From: Macrostomum lignano | Lineage: Eukaryota | Direction: 5' to 3' | Length of the DNA: 64,000 bases | Assembly: GCA_002269645.1 (NCBI GenBank) | Contig: NIVC01000689.1 | Coordinates: 1-64,000 of the forward strand | In this document: positions 11,417 to 23,914 of the stretch, piece after piece | How the letters are laid out: the number at the start of each line of letters is the position of its first letter | Numbering within the stretch: position 1 is the stretch's first letter | Notes under the pieces: model-generated | Told to the model about the DNA's origin: nothing | Database searches by the model: none | Seen by the model: only the letters and a program-made list of their open reading frames with translations | Program-made: the position numbers and the translations under genes

Positions 11417-12305
11417 TCCGCAGATATCGGGACACACCCACCTCACTCCGCAGATATCGGGACACACCCACCTCACTCCGCAGATATCTGGACACACCCA
11501 CCTCACTCCGCAAAATTCTGGACACACCCACCTCACTCCGCAGATATCGAGACACACCCGCCTCACTCCGCAGATATCGAGACACACCCGCCTCACTCCG
11601 CAAAATTCTGGACACACCCACCTCCGCAAAATTCGGGACACACCCACCTCACTCTGCAAAATTCAGGACACACCCACCTCACTCCGCAGATATCGGGACA
11701 CACCCGCCTCACTCCGCAGATATCGGGACACACCCACTTCACTCCGCAGATATCTGGACACACCCACCTCACTCCGCAGATATCGAGACACACCCACCTC
11801 ACTCCGCAGATATCGAGACACACCCACCTCACTCCTCAGATATCGGGACACACCCACCTCACTCCGCAGATATCGAGACACACCCACCTCACTCCGCAGA
11901 TATCGAGACACACCCACCTCACTCCTCAGATATCGGGACACACCCACCTCACTCCGCAGATATCTGGACACACCCACCTCACTCCGCAGATATCGAGACA
12001 CACCCACCTCATTCCTCAGATATCGGGACACACCCACCTCACTCCGCAGATATCAGGACACACCCACCTCACTCCGCAGATATCGAGACACACCCACCTC
12101 ATTCCTCAGATATCGGGACACACCCACCTCACTCCGCAGATATCAGGACACACCCACCTCACTCCGCAGATATCGAGACACACCCACCTCATTCCTCAGA
12201 TATCGGGACACACTCACCTCACTCCGCAGATATCAGGACATGACCTCACTCCGCAGATATCTGGACACACCCACCTCACTCTGCAAAATTCGGGACACAC
12301 CCAAC
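11417..12305. repeat. 30-bp minisatellite (CCGCAGATATCGGGACACACCCACCTCACT)n
   Basis: Direct reading; explains the repetitive 351-aa ORF. Confidence 0.97.
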
Positions 12306-12431
12306 TCACAAAAAGCCAGAAAAGCAACATACTCAGTCCTATTGGACATACTTCGTATTTATCATCAATTGTGAACACATGTATAGCGCAAAAACAAATA
12401 TTACTTTCAATATACAAAAAGCTACGCCTCC

Positions 12432-12563
12432 TCAGTAGACGATAACCTCGCACAGGGCCGTTTTGAACTGCCAACGGCGAGAGTAAGCCATCCTGCTGCC
12501 CCGGGCCTGCAAATAGACATAGCGGCCGTTCATCAGACGCGAGCAGGGCACGTGAATTCGCGG
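12432..12563 (-). CDS. Discoidin/F-type-lectin-like gene, exon 8 (last): PRIHVPCSRLMNGRYVYLQ...ALCEVIVY*
   Basis: Acceptor ttcattccag|; GRYV and LCEV motifs typical of the FTP/F-type lectin C-terminus; TGA at 12434-12432. Absent from the ORF track. Confidence 0.85.
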   Translation of the reverse strand, partial: PRIHVPCSRLMNGRYVYLQARGSRMAYSRRWQFKTALCEVIVY

Positions 12564-12734
12564 CTGGAATGAAGAAGTTTGGTGGAAGTTCACAGTGAGG
12601 CTACTCTACGAGCTAAAATCGAAAAAAACCCGATGAGTTATCTTATGTTGTCAGCAAAATGGTCAGAAATGTTTCTATCTCGGTAGAGTATTTAGAAGTT
12701 AGATAGAATGCATGCAAAGATGGATGCCGCTCAC

Positions 12735-12985
12735 CCGCTGCAGAGCCCAGTTCAAGCTGCGAATCGTTCCGCAATGCAGCCTCTCAGGCAGGCCAGTTTT
12801 ACCCTTTCTTTTCTTCAACTCTCGGTCGTCATTTAATTTCTTTTTGGCGACGCGTGTCCTGTTGCGTCGGTTCCTTTTACGCTTTCGTTTCTTCGATCCT
12901 CGGTCGTCACTGAACTTCCTCTTGGCTACGTACACCTCCAGTCTGTCCAGATTGTCAAGGTGGCGAGTCAGGCTGGCGCCGATGC
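12735..12985 (-). CDS. Discoidin/FTP gene exon 7, with a polybasic insertion
   Basis: Acceptor ccctgcag| phase 1; LDRLEVYV...HCGTIRSLNWALQR; donor |GTGAGC phase 0. Confidence 0.85.
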
Positions 12986-13229
12986 CTGCAGGGATTGTCA
13001 TTTGATTTTTTTAATTTGGCTTCATTCTGGTGCTTTACTGGTACTGCCAGGGCTAAGGTTGTTGATTTCATTGTAGTTTTATCGACCGATCGAACTTGCA
13101 GTACGCTGGGGCGTTCGAATATTAATTTAATTGTCACCAAAATTCACTCCTTTCTACTTTTAGTAAGCGATTACTATTATAGCTTTTTGCAGTCTATTTG
13201 GGCCTACGCGCAATTTAATTTAATCCAAG

Positions 13230-13760
13230 ATAAGTTTGCCAATGTAATGGAGCTCTTGTCTATGGTAGCAAGGCTGGCAAAGCGGCATTTAATTTGGTCC
13301 AACATGCATCAATTTGGTCCAAACGCTCGTGAGCCATTCGGGAAATTCTTGCCTTCTCGCAACCGTCTGCAGGTTGTTGGGTACGCCTGGAATATCAACA
13401 ACAGCAACAACAACAGAATACCTACAATTTTCAGTCGCTTTTCCAGAGCTCTGCTGATAGTCGAAATCTGATAACCAACTGGAGCTGTTCCTTCAACTTT
13501 GCTGCATTTCTGCACCGTCAACAGAGGGTTCGTCTGCACTGCATCGAGTAGCAGCTGGACCTGAGGCTCTCGAGCAACTTGCCTTGGCGATTGCCACCCA
13601 TTCACAGGCGACCTATGCCGGCAGTGATTTCAAAGCGCTGATGGATGCTGTAAACCATCTTTTCTTCTCAAGCAACCTTGCAATGTCCTTTGGGTGTTCA
13701 CCTCTGTCGAGTGCTTCGACCACAAGCCAATGGCATTGGTTCGACAGCCTAGCATATGGT
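13230..13760 (-). mobile_element. Decayed IS630/Tc1-like transposase N-terminal fragment in intron 6
   Basis: Frameshifted translation RLSNQC..LVVEALDRGEHPKDIARLL...MVYSIHQRFE...GGNRQGKL...QLLLDAVQTNPLLTV..., similar in layout to the 53001-53375 ORF; stops and frameshifts present. Confidence 0.55.
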
Positions 13761-13926
13761 CCACAATTCTGGGGCTGATCTTGTTTCTCCACAGCAGTTA
13801 GAAATTACTGCTGTTTTTAATTTAAAAATTTTTTTAATTAAAAATTAAAGCTGTCAGAAATAGCTGTAAAAAGCCTATGATCTACTCAAAGTAGCCTGGA
13901 ATAATTCCAGCATGTAATAAACTCAC

Positions 13927-14389
13927 TGGAATCGTTCAGACCAGTGTAGATGAATACTCCCTGCACTGGCTGACGGGTCTTTAGATCAACTACCCAGGCC
14001 GGCACGTTCACCTCAGCGTTGCTAAGGACATCGCACGAGTGCCTGGCAACAACGCCGTCAACAGCCTTGTTAGAGGGCAGATCCGGCTGCCAGCTATTCC
14101 TGCTGCCCAGGTGTCGCTTCCGGTGCTTCCCGCCGCCACCGCCGCCGTCGCCTGCGTCGTTTACGTAGGCGTTTTTGCCGAAAGCCAGGTTGCCTTGACA
14201 ACGCGTGGCGTTGTTGACCCGAAAATAGCCGGGGCCGCAGGCGCCCCGGTGCGGACAGCCGTACACTCCGGCTCGCATGGAGATGTGGCGGTGCCAGGTG
14301 ACCGGATGGAAGCGGATGTAGCGAGTCACGAACGGCTTGCTGAGGTAGTGCACCCGTTCCGTGTTGCGGTCTGAGTTGCCGCCGAATAT
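13927..14389 (-). CDS. Discoidin/FTP gene exon 6 (end of F5/8C domain 2; start of FTP-like domain)
   Basis: IFGGNSD...RYIRFHPVTW...SMRAGVYGC, then NLAFGK...SNKAVDG...WVVDL; acceptor aag| phase 0, donor A|GTGAGT phase 1. Confidence 0.92.
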
Positions 14390-14590
14390 CTTCACGGGGG
14401 GGAATGGAGGATGGAAATCTTGCTAGCCTGATGGTTCGCTTGTGACAAGTAAAAAGAAGATTTAGTAAGATCAGTTCAACGGCAATATTTTTTCGGACAC
14501 TTAATGATTACTTTTAAATTATGGTTTGTCTCTTATTTAGCTTAGTTTGATTTATTCAAGAAGAAATATCTATAGTCTATGGTCGCAAGT

Positions 14591-14644
14591 GGGGCTTCAC
14601 CCCGACACCCCCCATTCCGGCCGCACACTGAATTTTACACTAGT
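14591..14644 (+). mobile_element. Possible Helitron-like 3' end
   Basis: GGGGCTTCACCCC hairpin followed by CTAG|T at 14640-14644; spacing longer than canonical. Confidence 0.3.
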
Positions 14645-14734
14645 AGTGGGACTTACGCATAGATGTCTATGGTAATATGCATCTCTATGGTGCTATCAAA
14701 TTGTATGGTACTGTATCGATGTCTATATCACATA

Positions 14735-14911
14735 GATGTCTATGGTACTATACATGTCTATGGTACTATACATGTCTGTGGTACTATACATGTCTATGGT
14801 ACTATACATGTCTATGGTACTATACATGTCTATGGTACTATACATGTCTATGGTACTATACATGTCTATGGTACTATACATGTCTATGGTACTATACATG
14901 TCTATGGTACT
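14735..14911. repeat. 18-bp minisatellite (CATGTCTATGGTACTATA)n
   Basis: Direct reading, about 10 units. Confidence 0.95.
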
Positions 14912-16185
14912 AATCGTAAGTATAGATGTCTAAATCCTTAATCCTTGGAGTTTTTAATTCATTAATTCCCCATTGAATGATACAGTTTATGCTCTAAAAA
15001 AATGGAGATCGTCTTATTTCACCGACACACGCGGAGTCTCCTGCCGTGCATGAAATTCTCTTATCTTTAGATAGGGGTCGTCGCCAAGAACAGAAGAGCG
15101 TCATACTGGTACCAATAATTATGATTAACGATTGAAATTAGTCTGCAAAGCTATGGTCTGGCGAACACTGGCTCAGTCAGAAAATTTATAAACCTGCAAT
15201 TATTTCTGCATTAAGCCAGTCGCCAATTTCATGCGAACGTTCATCAATCAAACATTTGTTGAAATCAACGGCAATTAATTTCATTCGGCTGTCATGCAAC
15301 AAGCCGCAACTCACTGTGCTGACTAACTTCTACGGCTAAGCCGAGGGTTGTGACTTACCGTCTTTCTTCAACTTACTAGAGGCTTCCATTAACATACTGT
15401 CGTACACTTACTGCCACCTTTGACTATTTTTTCTCTTCGCTTCTAGTAAAATGCTTTTACAAGCCATGCAATGCAGTTTTTCAAAACTTTTCTCTCTACA
15501 TTCGGACTCTGTCGGCGCATTAAGAATCTTGTCAGTCAGCCCAGCCCGTCTGTCCGCCTGTTGCAGTTGTTAACGCGCTTCGGAACTAGTTTAGGCAGAT
15601 GTATGTCCCGTGCTTTTCCCCCCTTCCAACTTTGCTTCACTACTTATTGCGGCCCTACTCTCCCTCTCTCTTCTCTTTCACTTCTCTATCTCATCTCATC
15701 TCTTATCCTCTTATCTAAGATATTCTGTCCTTCTCTATCATCTTACAGTCTCTCGTTCTGTCTCATCTTATCTCTCTCCCTCTAATCTCGTGTCTTCTTG
15801 TATATCTAATCTCTTCTCTCTTTCTCCGAGTTTCTTTGCCATAACCAGCATTCCGGGCTGTGGATAAATCTAATCAAATATAAGCACAGTTTACAGAGGG
15901 AATTTATTAGCGAATAAGAATATTAGTTTCTAATATTACATTCGAGCTAAAGTGGTTGAGAAACGGCTTAAATGCAGCAGCAACTAACTAAAGTTAATTG
16001 AGGTCGGTTCTAATAATTGCTTTTAGCAATGACAGCTCTCGATTATAGCTAAACCAGTTTACATATAGCTGAGAAACTTCAATTTTGTAGCAAACAAACC
16101 TTGCAACATACTTTGCACTCTGTCTTTTCTGTGCGAATATTGGAACTGGTGACGCCTAACAGCCCAATGTCTCTCACTCTCTCCT

Positions 16186-16575
16186 ATCTCCTCTCCGCCC
16201 CCTCTCCGTCCCTCTCCGCCCACTCTCCGCCCACTCTCCGCCCCTCTCCGCCCCTCTCCACCCATTCTCCGCCCCTCTCAGCCCCTCTCCGCCCACTCTC
16301 CGCCCACTCTCTGCCCCTCTCCACCCCCTCTCCACCCCTCTCCACCCACTCTCCGCCCCCTATCCGCCCCTCTCCACCCACTCTCCGCCCCCTATCCGCC
16401 CCTCTCCACCCACTCTCCGCCCCCTCTCCGCCCCTCTCCACCCCCTCTCCGCCCCTCTTCGCCCACTCTCCGCCCCCTCTCCGCCCCTCTCCACCCACTC
16501 TCCACCCACTCTCCACCCACTCTCCGCCCCCTCTCCGCCCTCTCCACCCACTCTCCGCCCCCTCTCCGCCCCCTT
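16186..16575. repeat. C/T-rich low-complexity minisatellite (CCACTCTCCGCCCCTCT-like)
   Basis: Direct reading. Confidence 0.9.
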
Positions 16576-17552
16576 GTGAGCACCCTGGCGCAACGCGTTC
16601 GGCGACACCACTGCTAAGACAATTCTACTCAATTCCGCTGACTTCCGCTTGTACAGCGGCCCTTTGACTTTCTAATGGTCAGGCATGTACACTCCCTGTG
16701 CCGTTGGGGGGTGAAGGTGGTTGGGCCTCATGGCTGTAAATCGCTCGACAGCCCCCAGCGGTCAATTTTCGTGCGCACAGACACCAAATGAATCGAACCA
16801 ACCGAGAGGTCGTGGAGCGAGAGTCAGATGCGCCTACCGCTGAGCTGCTCTGCCCGTGGCTATTATGCCAAATAGCAGTGAAGCTGATGAAGGAGGTTCC
16901 TCTCCAGATTCAAAGTCTAGTACTTTGTGACCCACCAGACCCGGTTCCAATTTCAGTTGCTAATCGCAGACTGCATGATTCCGTCGCAACAGAAAGCAAG
17001 CGTCTCATTGTTAGAAGTAGAAGTTGATGGATGAATGCATATGTCCATAACTAGCTGTAGCTATTTACATTGTGGCGATATTCTATGCAGTCATTCAATT
17101 CCTACAGTTTATCTACGAGTACATAAATCATTAATTATTACTGAAAGCCGTCAGCAAGCAATGAAAGCAATTGTTCAGTAAATCAATGCATTAGTACTAA
17201 ATCAACAATCGACAAATCAGATTTCAAGCTACAAGCGGAAGAATCAGAAACAAAAATAATCGTTGCGCAAATCGATTCTTCAATCTGATAGGCTGGCTCC
17301 ATTGGCCAATCAGGTTCAAGCTGGCTAGCATAGCTGCACTGGTAATATTAGAGTTCAACTTACAGTCCCATTCTCTGTCAGGTAGAAACTCCTTTCCTCC
17401 TGGATTGAACCGGCGCAGGTTGGTTGGCGTGCATATTTTGGTTTGATAATGTATTGATTTTTTTATTATACGAATCTAAAAGACTGGGAAAGTTGGCAAG
17501 AATGCGCGATGGATGCGGATGGAGAGTGGACTGGTTCTCGACCAGATCTTAC

Positions 17553-17725
17553 CCTGGGACTCTGGTGGGCAGCGTCCTTGTAATAGGTCCACAGCCTCTC
17601 GTCATTGCTGTAGGCTATCCTGTAGGCGGTCACCCAAGCGTTGCCTTTGCCGTCGCCTCGGCCCTTGGTGACCAGGCCGGTCACCTTGGTGGGAGGACCG
17701 AGGTCGAGCTGTAGCCACTGATTGC
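17553..17725 (-). CDS. Discoidin/FTP gene exon 5 (F5/8C domain 2)
   Basis: NQWLQLDLGPPTKVTGLVTKGRG...WVTAYRIAYS; acceptor gtcag| phase 1, donor |GTAAGA phase 0. Confidence 0.93.
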
Positions 17726-18199
17726 CTGACAAGCAGGGGTTGAGTGGACAAGAATTGATTATATTCGATATTCTTGAAGTCTTGGTATTCAATTATGAGT
17801 TTCAGCGTACAATGGTAAGCGGAAAGTGCACGAATATGACGTCGCTTGGTCTGAGTCTAAAAGCCCTATTGAGCACACTGTGTTCAAGTGTCCAAAGGAC
17901 TAAAAGTAAAAAGCAACAGAAGAAATAGTGAAAGCAGGGTTCGTTTGAAGAACAATGAAATTCGAGTTTTTACTTCGTAATTACGGCGAGAGGGGACCTG
18001 CAATGCTGTCGTTCTACGAGTATAACATGTTGCGTGCATGCGTGCAACTCAAGTCTCGAACTGGACTTGGAGACTGTCTGGCCGCCCAGTAGCCTCTCAG
18101 TTAAAAGTATTAAGAAGATTAGTACCAAACAACTAAGAAAGACGACATCTTTTCAGAAGGCAATCGGACTGCTTGTATCCGCTCTAAATCATTCACACC

Positions 18200-18430
18200 T
18201 GAATTCACGCATGAACTCATGCATGAACTCATTTATGAACTCGCACATGAACTCGCTCATGAACTCACGCATGAACTCACGCATGAACTCACGCATGAAC
18301 TCACTCATGAACTCAGTCAACAACCCATGAACTCACACATAAACTCACTCAGCAGCCCATAATCACTCAGCAACCCATGAACTCACTCATGAACTCACCT
18401 TGAACTCATCAACTTTTGAACTCACGCATG
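18200..18430. repeat. 12-bp repeat (ATGAACTCACGC)n
   Basis: Direct reading. Confidence 0.85.
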
Positions 18431-18500
18431 AATTTCATTCAATTTAACTTCATAAGTTCATATCGAAGCTTAAACTTTGGTTTTATCGTCTGTCACTCAC

Positions 18501-18641
18501 TATTTATTATTTTGGCGCACCAGCCTTTATTAGTGAGGATGTGGCCATAGGACGGGTCGCAAGTGCGCTTCCGATTTCGGCCGCGGGCGCTGGAAGCAGA
18601 CAGCCGATCGTAAGGTGGCACCGACAGCAGTTGCTTGCACG
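18501..18641 (-). CDS. Discoidin/FTP gene exon 4 (start of F5/8C domain 2)
   Basis: CKQLLSVPPYDRLSASS...GWCAKIIN; acceptor cccgcag|, donor A|GTGAGT; phases match neighbours. Confidence 0.88.
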
Positions 18642-18709
18642 CTGCGGGAGGGCGTTTGGTAGTTATGGGATAGAAAAAGAGAGGCACGGACTGGACTGTA
18701 CACGCAATG

Positions 18710-18890
18710 TACACTAAATGAACTTGGCTGGGTTAGAAAAGGGCCGATAAGCTTCAGTTGAGGGGGTTGGTACAATTATAGATTACACTAAATGAACTTG
18801 TCTGGGTTAGAAAAGGGCCGATAAGCTTCAGTTGAGAGGGTTGGTGCAATTATAGATTACACTAAATGAGCTTGGCTGGGTTAGAAAAGC
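18710..18890. repeat. 74-bp tandem repeat, about 2.5 copies
   Basis: TACACTAAATG at 18710, 18784, 18858. Confidence 0.9.
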
Positions 18891-18916
18891 GCTGCCACTT
18901 GATCTCCGTCACTCAC

Positions 18917-19202
18917 GCTGACATCCAATTATCTCCATTCGCATGCTAGGATGGCGGCGAAACTTGACGGGATGCAGTCGAATAAAGCGAGCCCGCACTG
19001 GCTGGTCAAAGTAGTTGTGCTTCACCGAGTACGAGTCCACGTTGCCGTCGAATACGCGCTGAGTACCTAAATGGGTGTCCACGTAGTTCCACTTGTTGGC
19101 ATCCTGGCTGTAGGTCACCCTGTAAGCGGTGACCCATTCTTTTCCGTCTCCGCGGCCCTGAGTCATTACTCCCGTGACTAGAGCTTCAACTCCCAGATCG
19201 AC
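18917..19202 (-). CDS. Discoidin/FTP gene exon 3 (F5/8C domain 1)
   Basis: VDLG...VTGVMTQGRG...WVTAYRVTYS...FDGNVD...ARFIRLHP...MRMEIIGC; canonical splice sites. Confidence 0.95.
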
Positions 19203-19293
19203 CTGCGAAGAAAGGATAAAAAACTCTTTAAGAGAGAACATACTGAAATACGCTTCGATGCATTCATATCAAGAATCTTGGAATACTGCTCAC

Positions 19294-19475
19294 CTGCAGC
19301 CACTCCGAAGTGCCCTTCTGTTGAGCGCACCAGGAGCGCCCGTTAGGCAGGTACAGTCGGCCGTACTTCTCTTGGCAGTACAGCGCGTCCAGGGACGGAA
19401 AAGTCGAACTGGCCGTGATCTGCCAGTCCCGGATCTCGCCCGTGATCATGCCGAGCGGCCCGTCCTGGGAGCACT
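19294..19475 (-). CDS. Discoidin/FTP gene exon 2 (F5/8C domain 1 start)
   Basis: CSQDGPLGMITGEIRDWQITASS...GRL...WCA...EWLQ; acceptor cccaag|, donor CAG|GTGAGC. Confidence 0.93.
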
Positions 19476-19699
19476 CTTGGGATGGAGAAGTGAATTTGTC
19501 TGCGTTTTCTGTAACTCAGGGCTGCAATGGCTACTGAATTGCAAGCTTCTTGACTGGTTGGTTCCTGTTCAAAAATTTGTCTGCCGGTAAGTGTGTCCTA
19601 GCGTCTCAGCGTGTGTCTTTGCGTCTTAAAATTAAGGCTCGTTCACAACGTTTACACTGGTAACAATTGAGACCAATTGTACTGTCTTTGCATCTGTTT

Positions 19700-20590
19700 C
19701 TTAGCCTCTTGGTGTTATATCTACGCCTAAGCGTCTGTGCATCTGTGTCTTAGCCTCTTGGTGCCATGTCTGCGCCTAAGCATCTGTGTCAGCCTCTTGA
19801 TGCCATGTCTGCGCCTAAGCATCTGTGTCAGCCTCTTGGTGTCATGTCTGTGCCTAAGAGTCTGTGCATCTGTGTCTTAGCCTCTTGGTACCATGTCTGC
19901 GCCTAAGCGTCTGTGTCTTAGCCTCTTGGTGTCATGTCTGCGCCTAAGCGTCTGTGCGCCTGTGTCTCAGCCTCTTGGTGTCATGTCTGCGCCTAAGCGT
20001 CTGTGCGCCTGTGTCTCAGCCTCTTGGTGTCATGTCTGCGCCTAAGCGTCTGTGTCTTAGCCTCTTGGTGCCATGTCTGCGCCTAAGCGTCTGTGCGTCT
20101 GTGTCTTAGCCTCTTGGTGCCATGTCTGCGCCTAAGCGTCTGTGTCTTAGCCTCTTGGTGTCATGTCTGCGCCTAAGCATCTGTGCATCTGTGTCTCAGC
20201 CTCTTGGTGTCATGTCTGCGCCTAAGAGTCTGTGCATCTGTGTCTTAGCCTCTTGGTGTCATGTCTGTGCCTAAGCGTCTGTGCGTCTGTGTCTTAGCCT
20301 CTTGGTGTCATGTCTGCGCCTAAGCATCTGTGCATCTGTGTCTTAGCCTCTTGGTGTCATGTCTGCGCCTAAGCATCTGTGTCTCAGCCTCTTGGTGCCA
20401 TGTCTGCGCCTAAGCATCTGTGTCTTAGCCTCTTGGTGCCGTGTCTGCGCCTAAGCATCTGTGTCAGCCTCTTGGTGCCATGTCTGCGCCTAAGCGTCTG
20501 TGCGTCTGTGTCTCAGCCTCTTGGTGTCATGACTGCGCCAAAGCATCTGTGTCTTAGCCTCTTAGTGTCCTGTCTGCGCCAAAGCGTCTG
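19700..20590. repeat. 40/50-bp minisatellite (GCCTCTTGGTGTCATGTCTGCGCCTAAGCGTCTGT...)n in intron 1
   Basis: Direct reading. Confidence 0.95.
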
Positions 20591-21282
20591 TGTAGTGTTC
20601 GTAGTGTCTTCGTGCGTCCGAATGGCGGCTCTTTAATGTTTTGGTTTCTCCCATCATAGCCTGTGTCTTATTGCCTGTCTCCAATCCGACACTGCGCGCA
20701 AGCCCCATCAAGACAAGAATTACTGTGGAGCCATTTAGACCAGCCGAAACAAACTGTTGGAATGAAAGAGAAACGAAGAAGCAAACTGTTTGCGACCCTC
20801 CGCCTGCGCAATACGAGTGGAGTGGCTAAGCGATAAAAACAGAAAGCGTGAATTTATGCGCCAGAACTTTTTGTTGGCGACAAACAGCCGGTGGATGTCG
20901 CAGCATCCGTCCTCGATTCCAACTGACTTTGCGGCTCGTGCGCCCATCATTAGGATGTCGGGAACTCCAAAAGGGACGACTTCTAACTGGATTGCTGCGG
21001 ATATAACAGACGCAGCGCCAGGATGCAAACTCTTGGAGCTTTCATTGCACTGTCTTTTGGTGCTTCCTCCCTTTGATGTACCACAGTATTTTACTGTTAA
21101 ATCTTTGACACTCTGGTAAATGCCATCTCTCTCTGTATTCACCTCTGCAACTGGCACATGTTCTTTGCCGCTATCCTCCACTGATCGTCTTTGCAATCTC
21201 TTCCCCCCCCTCTGTCTCCTTTTCCCTCTTCCCTCCGTCTTACCACTCCTCTCCCTCTTTTACTTCTTCTGTCCTCTCCTCG

Positions 21283-21472
21283 CGTCTCCTCTCCTTTCCT
21301 CTCCTCTCCTCCCCTCTCCTCTCCTCTCCTCTCCTTTCCTCTCCTTTCCTCTCCTTTCCTCTCCTCTCCTCTCCTCTCCTCTCCTCTCCTCTCCTCTCCT
21401 CTCCTCTCCTCTCCTCTCCTCTCCTCTCCTCTCCTCTCCTCTCCTCTCCTCTCCTCTCCTCTCCTGTCCTCT
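21283..21472. repeat. (CTCCT)n microsatellite
   Basis: Direct reading. Confidence 0.95.
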
Positions 21473-22046
21473 TCTCCAAACTATCTCTCATAATTAGAAA
21501 GTCTCCTATTTTCCCAATATCTTTGTCTGGCATCGGCAAACTATATCCTTGCGTCTGGTTCAGGACGATAGAAACCCGAGCTTCTAGGCCGCGAATTCAA
21601 GCCGTAAATTGATTTTAATTGTACATCAGGACAATTTTTCGACGCACCTGTTCTGGAAATTAAGCCCCTATTAGCAAGCCTTTCGAAGTTTTAAAGTTTC
21701 AGACTCATCTAACATCGACAGCTTTGGATCCTGTTACAACTCTATCCTGCTACTCTCCTCTACTTGTCCATCTGAATTCACCGAGAACTGCTGGGAGCTG
21801 CTAACAGAGAGATATGGTCGAGCTCCTGACACGGTGGTTTTGGGATTAACAACGAAAGGGATTATAAATTAGTAACGAGGCTGGGAAAGTGGAAGCAGAA
21901 ATTTTCCGATGGGGTTTTCGAAGGATTACCAAACAGCTTTTCATTTTGCTCGTATTTTCCGGCGATGGGAGATTACAGAGAGGACTTAGATGATCGGGGT
22001 AATTAGCTATCGGGTGTCCAGTCTCTGAGCATCATCATCATCTCAC

Positions 22047-22128
22047 CGAGGTCGTCGGCTTGCACGAACATTGCTCCGACAGCAGCCAGCAGCAGCAGCA
22101 GCAGAGCCTCATGGCCGCGCGTAGTCAT
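22047..22128 (-). CDS. Discoidin/FTP gene exon 1: signal peptide MTTRGHEALLLLLLAAVGAMFVQA-DDL; spliced product 569 aa
   Basis: ATG, hydrophobic core, VQA cleavage motif; donor G|GTGAGA phase 1 joins exon 2; 8-exon sum 1710 nt = 570 codons. Confidence 0.82.
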
Positions 22129-23914
22129 AGCGTTTGCTCTCCCAGCTTCTGCAATTGAGTTGAACAATTGTTTCTCAAGTACAGTTGGACTAGAAATTTT
22201 CTCTAATAGATATTTAACAGCTGCTAGCTAATGCAACTGGGAGCAGGGCAGCCCCGGTCCGAGTCCTTATCTCTCCCATGCATCTCGGGTCGCAGTCTGG
22301 CTGGTGCCAACAAGTCGCCTCTCTCTCTCCGGCTTTGTCAATTTGGAGATCTTTTTCTCGAGCAGTTTCTGAGGCCAGAGCAGTGCTCAACAATCAAAGC
22401 CAGGCGCCAGACAACCGCCCCCACCCCCTTATTGTCTGGCACCTTCTGCCGAGGGCCTCAGCTCGCCCTGATGCGGCAAGCGATGGGGCTCAGGTAGGGA
22501 GGATTCTGACTCTCCAGAGGCTGTTAAAAGGCTTCTTTTCTGGCAGGCTTGAGTAGTTTGAGTAGCTTAATAGTGCCAGATAAAGATAACTGGGCAAGCT
22601 GGAGCAGATCGCGATTCGAGATAAAGGGATGCTTAAAAAAGCTGGAACAGGTGCCCTCAGGTAGTTATAGAGACAGTTTTGTCAGGGACAATCAAAGTTA
22701 CCCATCTGTTGTAGATGGAATCTTTCTAATCCAAAATTTATTGTTTAACAATTATTATACTGTAACCAAGGCGCGTTAACAGAGTCACTGTTTGCAGATA
22801 GAATTATTTGACAGATTAAAAGGCCTGTTTAAATTATCACTTGGGGCTTTATTGGCGCGTTTTTACGTGTTCAGGGGTCAGGGGAATGGGCAGAGTTGCG
22901 TGGACACAACCCAGGGAAAAGAATGAAAAATGGTTGCATAGAGTAGGGAGAAGTTAGGGAGATGGAGAAGCACAGTATAATCTGAGGGAGAATGGGAGAA
23001 CTGAGACCAGCAAAAGTCCTACAAAACAATTCCCGAAATGCTCCGAATCGGAACTCCGCCAGCTGGATGGCAACGAGGCCCAGCACCCAAGCAAGTGTCG
23101 CATGAACTTGACCCAAACGACCCCAAGGAAAGAAGTGCGTGCGATTTTTCTCACAAAGTTTGGAATAGTGGTTTTAGGGGGGGGGGAGTTGTGGCAATAA
23201 AATACTTTATGCTGTGGCGGCAAGTTGTACAAATTATAATTCGCTTGGCCGGCCTTTGTCGCTTTGCCGCGTCAAAACTTGTCCGGCTTTATCTCTGCGC
23301 GATTGTCTATAGTGGACTCGAGAGGCGTGAGACAGTCTGCTGGGGTTTCTGCTTGCACAAACTGCGCGGGAGACTGCCAACTGATAAGGGACGCTCTCCG
23401 CAGGCAAAAGGCACTGCTGCTGCATGTATTATATTCTTCTTTCGCGGGAACTGCGAGAAAGAAAGCGCGCCGTTTCTAAAAAAATATTTTTGCAGAAAAA
23501 GGGCCGATTAAGCTAATTCTGTTAACACCGCTCCCTCGAATGCCCAGTGCAGGTTTGTAAAGCGACTTCATTGTCAGGGTGCTGGGGTGTGAATGAGGTG
23601 TGCGTGTTTGTGTGTGTGCTTGGAGCAGATATCGCTCTCACAGAGGATAGCACTACTCTTCACACAGTCATTTTGCTGCCCCGAAGTTTAAACGTTAGAG
23701 TTAAGGGTGCACACAACATTCTCTCGAAGTTGGTTAAGGAGCAGTTTAGCTTTTATGGCGAGAGGTAAGAAATATCAACTTGATGAGGACCAGCGGGATT
23801 TTAGACGACGGGACTCTAACCAATGCCGCCTTAGAAGCCCTTGAGTTAAAGAAGATGGGAGAAACTATAGAAATGTGGTGCACCTATGGATAGACAGTGA
23901 AAGAAACAGAGAGG

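Noticed and set aside
11390-12445. 351-aa ORF of 10-aa repeats antisense to the discoidin 3' end
   Set aside because: Product of the 30-bp minisatellite.
20640-21270. Possible decayed LINE 3' end before the (CTCCT)n tract (similar case at 15470-15700)
   Set aside because: Only vague resemblance across several frames; no diagnostic motif.
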